Below, piece after piece: positions 16,763 through 26,336 of a DNA stretch of 64,000 nt. The notes under the pieces were generated by a model. That model was not told the origin of the DNA. It worked only from the letters and a program-made list of their open reading frames with translations, and made no database searches. Every line of letters begins with the position of its first letter. Position 1 is the first letter of the stretch. The DNA is from an uncultured Thermoplasmata archaeon (GTDB taxonomy: Archaea > Thermoplasmatota > DTKX01 > GCA-020343715). Where the stretch lies: positions 27,708-91,707 of the forward strand of contig CBDUQW010000002.1 in the NCBI GenBank assembly GCA_965369625.1. Reading direction: 5' to 3'. Both the position numbers and the translations under genes were made by a program.

Positions 16763-19700
16763 TCATCGATGCTTCAGCATGTGCCCTATCAGGAAACCCA
16801 ACACGAGCAGTGCAAGGGCGGTCAAGAGCAGTATGATGATGACCTTGGCGTCCTCCGTGGGTCCCCAGACGGGCTGTGCCTCAGGTTTCCCCCTCACCAA
16901 TAGGTCCGTCTCCGAACGGGCGGAGGCGGTCCCGTCCGTAACGATGGCCGAGATCCGGTGCGCGCCCGCAGCAAGGTCGTTGACCGTGAACTCCACATCA
17001 CGGTCCGTCTCGATGGTGAGCAGGATGCCCGAGATGTTCGAGATGAGGGTGAGAGTCACCATCTCGCCGTAAATGAAGTCGGGGTCCTCGACGGAGATCC
17101 TGAAGGTCACCGGCGCCCCCTCGTCGAAGGCGCTACCGTCGCGAGGTGCCAGGAAAATCGGGGGCAGGGGTGGCTCCCCAATCTTCGTTACATGTACGGT
17201 GATGTCCTCCGATGCCGAACCCCCACGGCCGTCCGTTCCAGAAAGGGTGACATGGTGGGTGCCCAGGTCCCCCGCATCCGCTGAGAGCCTCAACGAACCG
17301 TTCCCAAGGAGGCTTGCGCCGTCCCAGTCCGACTCGATGGATAGATGGACCCGGTCCCCGTCCTTGTCAATGGTGAGGACATCGAGGACCAGCTCCTCTC
17401 CCACCTGCATCTCGATCTCTGCCGGGAGGTGGTAATCGCCGACGGCCAGTAGGTCCGGGTTGTGGTTCCTATCGATGACCCGTATGGGTAGGAGTCCCAC
17501 CGTGGTCTCGTACCCGTCCGATACCCTGAACTCGATCTGGTGGGGTTCCTCGTAACTTGGGTAGTACAGACGTATCATCAGGTCCGTGATGTACAATACC
17601 GCAGGGTCCCCGGAGCTCAGTTTGAGGTCGTGCTTGGCGTCGTCCACGTCGTAGATATAGGGACCCAGGTCCACTTCCTTCAACATCCTCACCGATATGT
17701 TGAACTGTGGGATCTCCATGATGCTCGGCGGTGAATTCAGGTGCGTGAACTTGAAGGGTTCCGACCATGGACCGCCACGTTTGGGTGGACGCGAATAGAG
17801 CGTCGCCACCCGCCAGTAGAGCTCACCCTTGCGGGTCCCCGAGACATTGGCGTAGGGATCTGGAACATCCGAGGTCAACGTGACGAGGTCGAAGTCAGGG
17901 TCGAGGGCCAGCTGGAACCTGTAGCCCCATACATCCCCGTTGGTGGTCGACCCGTGGACCGGCGACCATGTGAAAAGGGGAACGTCCTTGCTCTCGTGCC
18001 CGTTCCACGGGGTCTGCAGGGCGGTCATGCTCATGGGGACGTACCGGTGGGCGCGTCCCTTGGATGTCATCCTTCCCGTCCCCTCCCCGCCCGTTGGTCC
18101 CAGGGCGGCGGACCTCCAGCAGAACCCACCATCGCCTCCGGTGGCGCCCAGGTGATTGTTGGCGTGGATGACCGGCTCAATGACCACCAGGCGCATCGAG
18201 GCATCTCCTCCGTCTCCAACCCCCTGCTCGATGACACCGGTCCCGCCACCGTGGCTGATCCAGAGGCCATCCTCGATGATACATCCACCACCACCGCCGG
18301 AGTAGGAGCCGCCGCCCCCACCTCCCCTCCATTCGTTCCTAGCGGCCATCATGTGAGAGCGTCCAGCCCTTCCTCCGGGGCCACCTCCACCAGCGTGGAC
18401 GTTGACATCCACGAGGAAGAACGTTCCCTGGGTCGATGTAACCTCCAGTCGGGCATCTCCTCCCGAGGCCACGTCACCCTCCACCGTGCCACCAGACCCC
18501 CCGTTCACGGTGAGCGGGTCTGATGCGGACGGGATCCATCCTGCCCCTCCACCTCCGGAGTGCCCACCCCCTCCAGCTCCACTGGGACCTGTGGATGTCC
18601 CTCCATCACCTGCCCTGCCCCCTTGGCCCGCGGTCACGTTCAGGATGCCATCGGAAAGATGGACGGAATGCGACACGATGGTCGCGGTGGCGTCGCCCCC
18701 TGAACCCACGTGACCTTCGACCGTTCCTCCGTTTGCTCCCCCGTTCCGAGATTCATGACTGCCACCTCCGCCTCCCGAGTAACCTCCACCACCGGCACCG
18801 CCGAGACCCGCCGTGTCACCACCGTCGCCAGCATCACCACCGTCACCCGCCTGGATGGCCACCTCCGAGGCCTGCATGGAAACCTCGACCGCAAGGATGT
18901 ACAGGGTCGAATCGCCGCCGACGCCAACCCATCCCGAGACCTGTCCACCTGGACCCGCGGGATGCTCGGGGTCCGAGGCCCCCGTGCCTCCCGAGTAACC
19001 GCCACCTCCGGCGCCCAGGCCGGCGTTGGACTTCACGGAGCCACCGTCGCCCGCATCACCTCCGTCACCGCCCACGACATGGACCACAGAGCCCTGGACA
19101 TCGACCTTGTTCGTGGTCATACCGATGAAGGCGTCCCCTCCGGAACCAACCCTGTCCGAGACAGACCCACCCTGGGTATAACCCCCGCCGAGGACTTGGG
19201 CGGTGCCCTCGGAGGTCACGCCGTCGGGGGCGTCCCCTCCCACTCCCGCCTGGACGAGGACGGTGGAGTTCAATATGGCGAGGGAGGCGAAGTCCAGTGT
19301 GGTCTTCAGGACGAAGCGGGCATCGCCCCCGGCGTACCTACGACCGTCCAGGTCGTCGAGCGTCACCGGGATATCCGGGCCCATTCCATCGCCCGCCGAC
19401 AGGACCACGGACGCGTTCTCGATCAATATCTCCCGGCTGGCCCTCACGTTCATCTCCACGCTCACTCCCTGACCGTCCCAACGGTTCGAGCCGTCAGGTC
19501 CCTCGATGATGATCGAGGATCCATCGGTGACGCGCATGTGCCTGCACGTCCCGTTGATGCCGATGACCTCCCCTGCCGTCCAAGGAGAGATGACCAGGTC
19601 GCCCCCTGTGAGATCGACGGTGGCCAGTCCTTCCATGGTCATTTGGGATACCGACAGCGTCGTCCCCTCGGGTATCACCAGGTGACCAAAGGTCGTTATC

Positions 19701-19891
19701 TTGACGGAGCTCCACGACTCCGTCCCCGAGACGACGTACTCCTGGTTCACGTAGAGGCTGGCATCGGTGGTGGGAGGGCGATCGGCACCAAGGTCGGAGG
19801 GCGTCACGGGTGGGTCTATTAAGGGTACGACGGTCACCATGAGCATTGTGAGGGCCACGACGAGCGGGACCAAGGGGCACGGACGTTTCAT
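16763..19891 (-). CDS. Paralog B' of the giant Gly/Asp-repeat surface protein family (1042 aa). Domain order: signal peptide, beta-helix-like N-domain, about 370 aa of Gly-rich repeats, Fn3-like domain, Ig/cadherin-like domains, then a C-terminal TM anchor (VIIILLLTALALLVLGFLIGHMLKHR).
   Basis: ORF composition. N-terminal signal MKRPCPLVPLVVALTMLMVTVVPL. Repeats of the type AGDGGDAGDGG...GGAGGGGYSGGGGG...VGSGGDA. FTWSPVHGST...ELYWRVATLY is Fn3-like. The start ATG overlaps the stop of the upstream paralog (ATGA at 19888-19891). Confidence 0.8.
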   Translation of the reverse strand: MKRPCPLVPLVVALTMLMVTVVPLIDPPVTPSDLGADRPPTTDASLYVNQEYVVSGTESWSSVKITTFGHLVIPEGTTLSVSQMTMEGLATVDLTGGDLVISPWTAGEVIGINGTCRHMRVTDGSSIIIEGPDGSNRWDGQGVSVEMNVRASREILIENASVVLSAGDGMGPDIPVTLDDLDGRRYAGGDARFVLKTTLDFASLAILNSTVLVQAGVGGDAPDGVTSEGTAQVLGGGYTQGGSVSDRVGSGGDAFIGMTTNKVDVQGSVVHVVGGDGGDAGDGGSVKSNAGLGAGGGGYSGGTGASDPEHPAGPGGQVSGWVGVGGDSTLYILAVEVSMQASEVAIQAGDGGDAGDGGDTAGLGGAGGGGYSGGGGGSHESRNGGANGGTVEGHVGSGGDATATIVSHSVHLSDGILNVTAGQGGRAGDGGTSTGPSGAGGGGHSGGGGAGWIPSASDPLTVNGGSGGTVEGDVASGGDARLEVTSTQGTFFLVDVNVHAGGGGPGGRAGRSHMMAARNEWRGGGGGGSYSGGGGGCIIEDGLWISHGGGTGVIEQGVGDGGDASMRLVVIEPVIHANNHLGATGGDGGFCWRSAALGPTGGEGTGRMTSKGRAHRYVPMSMTALQTPWNGHESKDVPLFTWSPVHGSTTNGDVWGYRFQLALDPDFDLVTLTSDVPDPYANVSGTRKGELYWRVATLYSRPPKRGGPWSEPFKFTHLNSPPSIMEIPQFNISVRMLKEVDLGPYIYDVDDAKHDLKLSSGDPAVLYITDLMIRLYYPSYEEPHQIEFRVSDGYETTVGLLPIRVIDRNHNPDLLAVGDYHLPAEIEMQVGEELVLDVLTIDKDGDRVHLSIESDWDGASLLGNGSLRLSADAGDLGTHHVTLSGTDGRGGSASEDITVHVTKIGEPPLPPIFLAPRDGSAFDEGAPVTFRISVEDPDFIYGEMVTLTLISNISGILLTIETDRDVEFTVNDLAAGAHRISAIVTDGTASARSETDLLVRGKPEAQPVWGPTEDAKVIIILLLTALALLVLGFLIGHMLKHR

Positions 19892-22800
19892 CGCCTGACC
19901 TCCTCCAGATAGGGATCCTCGACCCCACTCGAGCCTGCCAGGTAACCTATCGTGACCACAATGATGAAGATGAAGGCGAACAACACATAGAGCCAGGTGT
20001 GGTCCTGCCCCGGCGGGGGCGATGATTCCTCCGCCTCATCCACCGTGAGATGGAGGGTGACGCTCTTCTCGTACGTCCCATCGTCGACGGTGATCACTAT
20101 CCTGTGGTCTCCCGGGGAGAGCCGGTCCGTGGCGAGGGATGCGAACGACTGGGTTGACGTTTGACCCAGCGTCCCCGATGTGTCCGACCAGAAGGTGACG
20201 TTGAGCCACGCTCCCGAAGGGATGTCCGGGTCCGATACCCTCACCGAGAAGACCACCAGATCCCCCTCCCTGAACACCGACCGGTCTGCAGGGCTGAAGA
20301 CCTCTGGCGGTTCCGGCGGTCGGTTCGACCTCACGACGACGATCCAGACGACCACTGAGGCGGTACCTCCCCTTCCATCATCCACGATGACCTTCAGTCT
20401 GTTCGAACCCAGGTCATAACTGTCAGGATGGAGCACGATGACCCCGGCGGGGGTGATCTCGACCCCTATCATGTCCGATGTGAGCGTGTATGTCAGGGGA
20501 TCGTCGTCCGGGTCGTCGGCCTCCACCTTCAACCACTCCTCCTCGAGCTCGGCCATCGTCCATTGATAGGGGGCCAGCCTCTCACCCACGCTCACTATCA
20601 CGGGTGCCTCGTTCGCGTCGATCACCTCGACGATGACATGCCCCATAGTGGTGCTGACCCCGTCGGACACGCTATAGTGGACACGGTGGGGCGCCTCCCA
20701 CCATTCGTAGTAGAATATGACGAACAGTCCCGTGATCGATTCCACCCCGGGATGGTCGATCTCGACCACCAAATCGTCTATGAAGGTGTCCCTGTCGTGA
20801 AAGTAGTATCCCAAGTAGATGGATTTGGGCTGGTCCTCTATCACCGTCACAGTAGGGTAGTCATCGATCTCCGGTGGCTCGTTGTAGAACCTGAAGGAAC
20901 TGAACCTGACCTCTGGCCCATTGACCTGCGGGGGGCCTCTGTAGACCGCGATGACCTTCCAGTAGTACGTCCCCATCTGCAGGTCAGGGATGGAAAGGTC
21001 CGGTCTGACGGACGTGGTCTCCGTCACGATTTCGGTGAACGGGATGTCACGGGCCATCTTGAACAGGTAGTGGACCACATCACCGTCCTCCGTGGACCTG
21101 TGGACGGGCATCCACTCGAAGCTGGGCACGAAGTGTAGTTCCAACCTGTCCCCAGGGCTCCAGAGGATGACCTCGCTCTTGGGGATGTACTCCCACCTCG
21201 TTCCGTCCCTGGTGCTCCGCACCCGGGCTTTTCCCTGGGGGTCCTCGAGGTTGAGCGAGCGAGTGGAGCCACAATCTCCCCAGAGCACGTAGATCATGGT
21301 GTTCCTATGCAAGGAAAGCCTCTCGCTCTGGATGTCCAGCGAGGCGTTGCCGCCATCCCCCACCTTCCCGAGGACGTCCGATGCACTACCGCCTGAACCG
21401 TAGGTCTGACCCTCATGGCCTGCACCACCTCCCCCGCCGGAGGAGTGGCCACCGGCCCCACCACCACAGGCCGGTCGCTGGTTCTCATCGATCCTCGCGT
21501 TCCCATAGCCTCCCTCGTCACCTCCCGACCCTCCCACGACGTTGAACACGGAGGTCGTCGAGACGAGACGGGGTGACTCCAGGAGGAGACTTGCATCGCC
21601 ACCGCTCCCCACCGACCCTCTCAGAGCGCCTCCTGCGCCACCGTCGGTGCCAGGCGTTCCCCCGGATGAGTTCCCGTCGGCGCCACCACCCCCTCCGGTG
21701 TAACCACCGCCTCCTCCTCCTGCGAGGGCACCCGCATCGCCACCATCACCGCCTTCACCCCCGTTCCCTGCAGTGGCCAGGACCCTTGACGTTCCTATAT
21801 CCATGGTGTCTGCGCCCGTCAAGGTGGCGCTGACATCCCCGCCCCTCCCCACAGACCCCGTGACCGTGCCACCGTCGCCACCGGGCATGAGCCCGTGATT
21901 GCCACCTCCGCCGCCCGAGTAGCCGCCGCCGCCGGCCCCGCCACCTCCATCCGTGAGCGAGCCTCCGTCGCCAGCATCTCCACCGTCGCCTCCCAGCATC
22001 TCGATGCGGGCGCCTTCCAGTTCCACCCATCCCCCTACGAGGTTGAAACTCACGTCACCTCCCTTGCCCACGCCTTCTGACACGGAACCCCCTGGGCCCG
22101 GGGGGTCCTGGGCGTTGGAGGCGCTGGCACCGTCCCCACCGGAGTAGCCCCCGCCACCGCATCCGGCGTCGGTCGTCCACTTGGTGCTCCCCCCGTCACC
22201 AGCGTCCCCGCCGTTCCCAGCCGTCATGTTCAACGTGGTGTCCGTGATCATGATGTGGTCGGAAGAAAGGACGCCGTCCACGTCGCCTCCCGAGCCCACG
22301 TTGCCAGATACGTCGCCGCCCCGGGTGTAGCCACCACCAATCCCCCCACGGTCACCATCCCCTCCGCGAATAGGGGATTGGCCATCGGGAGCCCGGCCGC
22401 CGTTCCCCGCGGTCAGGGCGATCTTGCAGTTGGAGAGGATGAGCATGTCGTTGTCCTTCACGAGGGTAACGCTCATCGTTACATCCCCTCCCGCGAAGGA
22501 GTATCCGTCCAGGTCCCCATCGGTCAATGACTCCGGGGGAGAGAACCCATTCCCCGCGGTCAAGGAGATGGTGGAATCCATCCACATCATCGTTCGGGTG
22601 GAGGTGAGGTTCAGACCCACCGAGCAGCCCCTGCTGGTGGGGACGTCGTACCCTCCGTCGGGACCCCGGATGTTCACCAGGCTGCCCTTGGTGATTTCGA
22701 ACCAGCTGCAATGCCCCGAGATCCCCACGAACTCCCTGTACGTTCGGGGTTCGATCTCGAGCACACCCCCCTGCAGGTGCATCTGGGCGTTGTCGAGGAG

Positions 22801-23046
22801 GGTGACGCTGTCGGCCACCAGGTGACCGCCATCGCCGATGATGAGCGAGCCCGTGGACTCCACCACCACATTGGACCACACCTCGTAGTGGTCCACGGAG
22901 CAGTTCGAGTCGATGACCATGGTTTCACCAGAACGGGTCCCCGGCGAGGCCGATACCAAGGAGGGATGGTCCACCTCCAGCATCCCCAGCGGACAGGCTA
23001 GGAGGAACATCGAGACAACAAGCGCAAACGAAACCCCCGCGCGCAT
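19888..23046 (-). CDS. Paralog A' of the giant Gly/Asp-repeat surface protein family (about 1052 aa from ATG 23046).
   Basis: The 6-frame ORF extends to 23115, but the signal peptide MRAGVSFALVVSMFLLACPLG begins at ATG 23044-23046. Same architecture as above. The Fn3-like segment (MGTYYWKVIAVYRGPPQVNGPE) groups it with the 26326..29478 paralog. A TATA-like attattat at about 23066-23078 sits in the 113-nt gap upstream. Confidence 0.8.
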   Translation of the reverse strand: MRAGVSFALVVSMFLLACPLGMLEVDHPSLVSASPGTRSGETMVIDSNCSVDHYEVWSNVVVESTGSLIIGDGGHLVADSVTLLDNAQMHLQGGVLEIEPRTYREFVGISGHCSWFEITKGSLVNIRGPDGGYDVPTSRGCSVGLNLTSTRTMMWMDSTISLTAGNGFSPPESLTDGDLDGYSFAGGDVTMSVTLVKDNDMLILSNCKIALTAGNGGRAPDGQSPIRGGDGDRGGIGGGYTRGGDVSGNVGSGGDVDGVLSSDHIMITDTTLNMTAGNGGDAGDGGSTKWTTDAGCGGGGYSGGDGASASNAQDPPGPGGSVSEGVGKGGDVSFNLVGGWVELEGARIEMLGGDGGDAGDGGSLTDGGGGAGGGGYSGGGGGNHGLMPGGDGGTVTGSVGRGGDVSATLTGADTMDIGTSRVLATAGNGGEGGDGGDAGALAGGGGGGYTGGGGGADGNSSGGTPGTDGGAGGALRGSVGSGGDASLLLESPRLVSTTSVFNVVGGSGGDEGGYGNARIDENQRPACGGGAGGHSSGGGGGAGHEGQTYGSGGSASDVLGKVGDGGNASLDIQSERLSLHRNTMIYVLWGDCGSTRSLNLEDPQGKARVRSTRDGTRWEYIPKSEVILWSPGDRLELHFVPSFEWMPVHRSTEDGDVVHYLFKMARDIPFTEIVTETTSVRPDLSIPDLQMGTYYWKVIAVYRGPPQVNGPEVRFSSFRFYNEPPEIDDYPTVTVIEDQPKSIYLGYYFHDRDTFIDDLVVEIDHPGVESITGLFVIFYYEWWEAPHRVHYSVSDGVSTTMGHVIVEVIDANEAPVIVSVGERLAPYQWTMAELEEEWLKVEADDPDDDPLTYTLTSDMIGVEITPAGVIVLHPDSYDLGSNRLKVIVDDGRGGTASVVVWIVVVRSNRPPEPPEVFSPADRSVFREGDLVVFSVRVSDPDIPSGAWLNVTFWSDTSGTLGQTSTQSFASLATDRLSPGDHRIVITVDDGTYEKSVTLHLTVDEAEESSPPPGQDHTWLYVLFAFIFIIVVTIGYLAGSSGVEDPYLEEVRR

Positions 23047-23159
23047 GGGAACTACTAAGGACGCATGCTGATAATAATCCCATCGATGCGTGACACCCGC
23101 GTCGTCCGAGGCCAAGGTCCAGGACCGACGAGGGAAAGGATGGGGTCATAATCCCAGGC

Positions 23160-26100
23160 TCACTCCGTAGGCCTTCCCCTCCGTGTTTGCCACCGTCCTG
23201 CACCGTAGGCCACCGCGAAGAGGGCGATGGTTGCCATCAGGTAGAGGGTGGGGTCCACCTCCTCGGTCTGGGGAAGGACCACGTTGGAGGGCTCTGGTGG
23301 CCCCTCCACCGTCAGGATGAACCAGGTGTTCGACGAGTAGCGGCCATCGGTGGCGACCACGCTGATCCTGTGGTTGCCAGGTTGTAGCCCGGAGTGGCTG
23401 AAGGATGCCACCCCGTCGGTCTCGATGGTCTTGAGGACCCCCGAGGAGTTGGAGATGAACGACACGTTGAGCCGCTGACCGAACCGGACGTCGTCATCCT
23501 CGACGGACACCACGAACCGGACCAGGGTCCCAAGGGGGACCGTGGTCCCGTTGTCCGGGCTGATGACCACCGGGACACGGGGCGGGTCGTTCACGTTCGT
23601 CACGACCACCGTGATCTCCATCTCGGCGGTCTGGCCCTCCTCGTCCGTCACCGTCAGGATGGCCTTGAAGGTGTCCACCTCCCCCTTGCCGGCCGCCACC
23701 TGGAGGGTCCCGTTCTCGTGGGCGATCACCCCCGGCCACCCGTAGGTGCTGTAGTTGAACTCGTCGCTGTCCACGTCGTGGACGAGGATGTCGTACCACT
23801 CCGAGGTCCCCTCCTCGATGGTGAGCCTTGTGGGAGGACGTATCCCCTCGAGCCCCCTGATGTAGGGCGGGTGCATGTGCCTGAGCGCCTGGACGGCGAA
23901 CTCCCCGTACACCCTGCTCAACCCGTCGGTCACCGAGAACCGCACCACGTGACCCGTGTCCTCCTCCCCGAAGTAGACGCTCAGGTTCAGATCGGATATC
24001 CTGAACAGGTGAGGGTCATGGCATTCGAGCACCAGACGGTCATCGTCGTCGTCGGGGTCGTCGATGTAGGGCGCGAGGTCGATCCTCGTCACCGTCTCGA
24101 TCTGGACCGTCATCAGCGGGATATCCCCGATCACGGGTGGCAGGTTCACGTACTCGAAGACGCGAGGTTCGGACCAGATCCCCCTGGGGTTCGGAGGGTT
24201 GGCGTAGCGTGGGGCCACCCTCCAGTAGAAGGTGAAGTTGGGCACCCAGATGGCATCGTAGCTCTCGGTCGGGACGATGACCGTCCACTCCGGGCTGGAG
24301 AAGTCCGGGTCGTCGTCGACCGTGAGCTCGTGCCCCACAACGGCCCCGCCGTCGGAAGAGGGATGGATGGGAGCCCATGTGAATTTCGGAAGGCTTGAGT
24401 CGATGGTGCCGTCCTCGGGGAGGATCGGAACTCCCCTGCTCCTCGGGATATATACCTCCGTCATACCGTTGGAGGTCAAACGGCCCTCTCCCCTCCCGGA
24501 CAGCGGTCCGAGCTCGGGGGAGACCAGGCACGGACCTTTCTTACCACGGGTCGCCCCAAAGAGGTTATCGAGGAGGACCGTGGCATTCTCAGGCTCGAGA
24601 AGGAGGGATGCGTCCCCGCCGTCCCCTACGGTCCCGAGGGCACCACCGCTCCTGCCGCCTGTGCCCCCGGATCCCGTCCGACCCGTGCTGCCGGCACCTC
24701 CCCCTCCCGAGTAGGAGCCACCACCTCCACCTGCCATCTCGTTCTCGATGTCACCGATCCACAGGCTCCTGCCATGGACCCCTCCCCGTCCCCCGTCACC
24801 TCCACCGACCGAGAAGCCCCATCCGTGGAGGCGTGCATCCTCCGCTGCAAGCTTGACCTTTGCGTCCCCGCCCATTCCCACCTCGTGGGTGACGGGTCCA
24901 CCGTCCCCCCCGTTCGTGCCACGGTCCAGGGTCAGGTTTCCTGCCATGCGGCCCGCTGCACCTCCGCCGCCGCCCGAGTAGCCGCCGCCGCCAGCGCCGC
25001 CCATCGGCAACGGAAGGGGAGCCCGGACCACGGACCCACCATCGCCAGCATCACCGCCGTTGCCACCAAGGGCCTGGACCAGTGAGGACCCGGTCCTCAG
25101 CTCGCCGGAGAGGCCGTACCTGATGGAGGCATCACCGCCATGTCCCACTGCGAAACCGACACGTCCGCCTTCCGCCCCATCGGCGGACGCGGAGCTTCCA
25201 CCGCCGCCACCGGAGTACCCGCCTCCTCCTCCACCTCCCTCGCCGGTGGAGCTGCCGCCGTCGCCCGCGTCGCCGCCTCTCCCACCATGGACCTGGATGT
25301 CCGTGCCCACCTGAGAGCAGTTCCCTCCCGACACGCGTAGGGTGGCGTCACCTCCAGCCCCGACGCGGCCCGTGACATCTCCGCCTGGCGTCGCCTGGAG
25401 GGCGCCAGCGTCCGCTCCGGGGCCGCCGGAGTAACCTCCACCTCCACCTCCCGCGGTGACGTCAGGACCCACCGAGGCCCCGTCACCCGCATCGCCGCCG
25501 TCACCACCGCTGATGTTGATGGATGTGCCGTCCAGCACGATAGAGCGAGCTGAAAGATGGACCCTGCTGGTTCCCCCGGTGGCGACATCACCCGTTACCT
25601 GACCGCCTTCGGTGAACCCACCTCCCCTGCCTCCGGTCGCGCTGTGGGCCGCCGTCCCGTTGGGGGCGTCCCCACCGTCACCTCCTTTGACGTCGATGCG
25701 GGAGTCGATGATCTTGAGGGAGGTTCCCGAGGAGCCCACGGTCAGGGAGATAGAGGCGGGGCCACCCGCCGATACCTCGCCTTCCAGGTCACCGTCGGTG
25801 TACGGCCTGCTGGGGGAATGACCAGCACCTCCCGTCAACCAGATGAGGGAGCCCTCTATCTGGATCCTCACGCTGGCGGTGAGATCGATGGAGGTGCTCT
25901 CTCCATGGCTGCCCTCGATAGTCCCGTTACCGGCCCCACCGATGGCCGAGATGATCGAGCCTGGCGACATCGTCAGCTCGCGACACCCCCCTGAAAGGCT
26001 CCTCGGACCGCGGTCGAAGGACCCGCCCAATATCAGGGACCCCCCCCTGATCTCCAGCACGCCCCTGAGGGAGACGCTTCCGGCGAAGAGGGTCGAGTTC

Positions 26101-26336
26101 GCCTCGATCACGAGCCTCCCGTCCCTCCCGACCTGGATCTGGTCCCAGGACTCCGAACCGGTCACCGTGTAGGTCTCGTCGACCACCAGCACATCCCCGG
26201 AACGATGGGTGCCCTCTCCGGCGACGTCCATCGTCGCCATCGGGAGCATGAGGGCCAGGACCACCAGGAGATTGACCAGGACCGGCACCGCCGAGGACCG
26301 CGGGTACGGGCCCCACGGACCGAGCCTAATCGGCAT
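23160..26336 (-). CDS. Paralog B of the giant Gly/Asp-repeat surface protein family (1058 aa). Most similar to 16763..19891.
   Basis: Signal peptide ...SAVPVLVNLLVVLALMLPMATM, Gly-rich repeats, FTWAPIHPSS...FYWRVAPRYANPPNPRGIWSEPRVF (compare P1 ELYWRVATLYSRPPKRGGPWSEPFKF), C-terminal TM LYLMATIALFAVAYGAG. The start overlaps the 3' end of the upstream gene by 11 nt. Confidence 0.8.
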   Translation of the reverse strand: MPIRLGPWGPYPRSSAVPVLVNLLVVLALMLPMATMDVAGEGTHRSGDVLVVDETYTVTGSESWDQIQVGRDGRLVIEANSTLFAGSVSLRGVLEIRGGSLILGGSFDRGPRSLSGGCRELTMSPGSIISAIGGAGNGTIEGSHGESTSIDLTASVRIQIEGSLIWLTGGAGHSPSRPYTDGDLEGEVSAGGPASISLTVGSSGTSLKIIDSRIDVKGGDGGDAPNGTAAHSATGGRGGGFTEGGQVTGDVATGGTSRVHLSARSIVLDGTSINISGGDGGDAGDGASVGPDVTAGGGGGGYSGGPGADAGALQATPGGDVTGRVGAGGDATLRVSGGNCSQVGTDIQVHGGRGGDAGDGGSSTGEGGGGGGGYSGGGGGSSASADGAEGGRVGFAVGHGGDASIRYGLSGELRTGSSLVQALGGNGGDAGDGGSVVRAPLPLPMGGAGGGGYSGGGGGAAGRMAGNLTLDRGTNGGDGGPVTHEVGMGGDAKVKLAAEDARLHGWGFSVGGGDGGRGGVHGRSLWIGDIENEMAGGGGGSYSGGGGAGSTGRTGSGGTGGRSGGALGTVGDGGDASLLLEPENATVLLDNLFGATRGKKGPCLVSPELGPLSGRGEGRLTSNGMTEVYIPRSRGVPILPEDGTIDSSLPKFTWAPIHPSSDGGAVVGHELTVDDDPDFSSPEWTVIVPTESYDAIWVPNFTFYWRVAPRYANPPNPRGIWSEPRVFEYVNLPPVIGDIPLMTVQIETVTRIDLAPYIDDPDDDDDRLVLECHDPHLFRISDLNLSVYFGEEDTGHVVRFSVTDGLSRVYGEFAVQALRHMHPPYIRGLEGIRPPTRLTIEEGTSEWYDILVHDVDSDEFNYSTYGWPGVIAHENGTLQVAAGKGEVDTFKAILTVTDEEGQTAEMEITVVVTNVNDPPRVPVVISPDNGTTVPLGTLVRFVVSVEDDDVRFGQRLNVSFISNSSGVLKTIETDGVASFSHSGLQPGNHRISVVATDGRYSSNTWFILTVEGPPEPSNVVLPQTEEVDPTLYLMATIALFAVAYGAGRWQTRRGRPTE

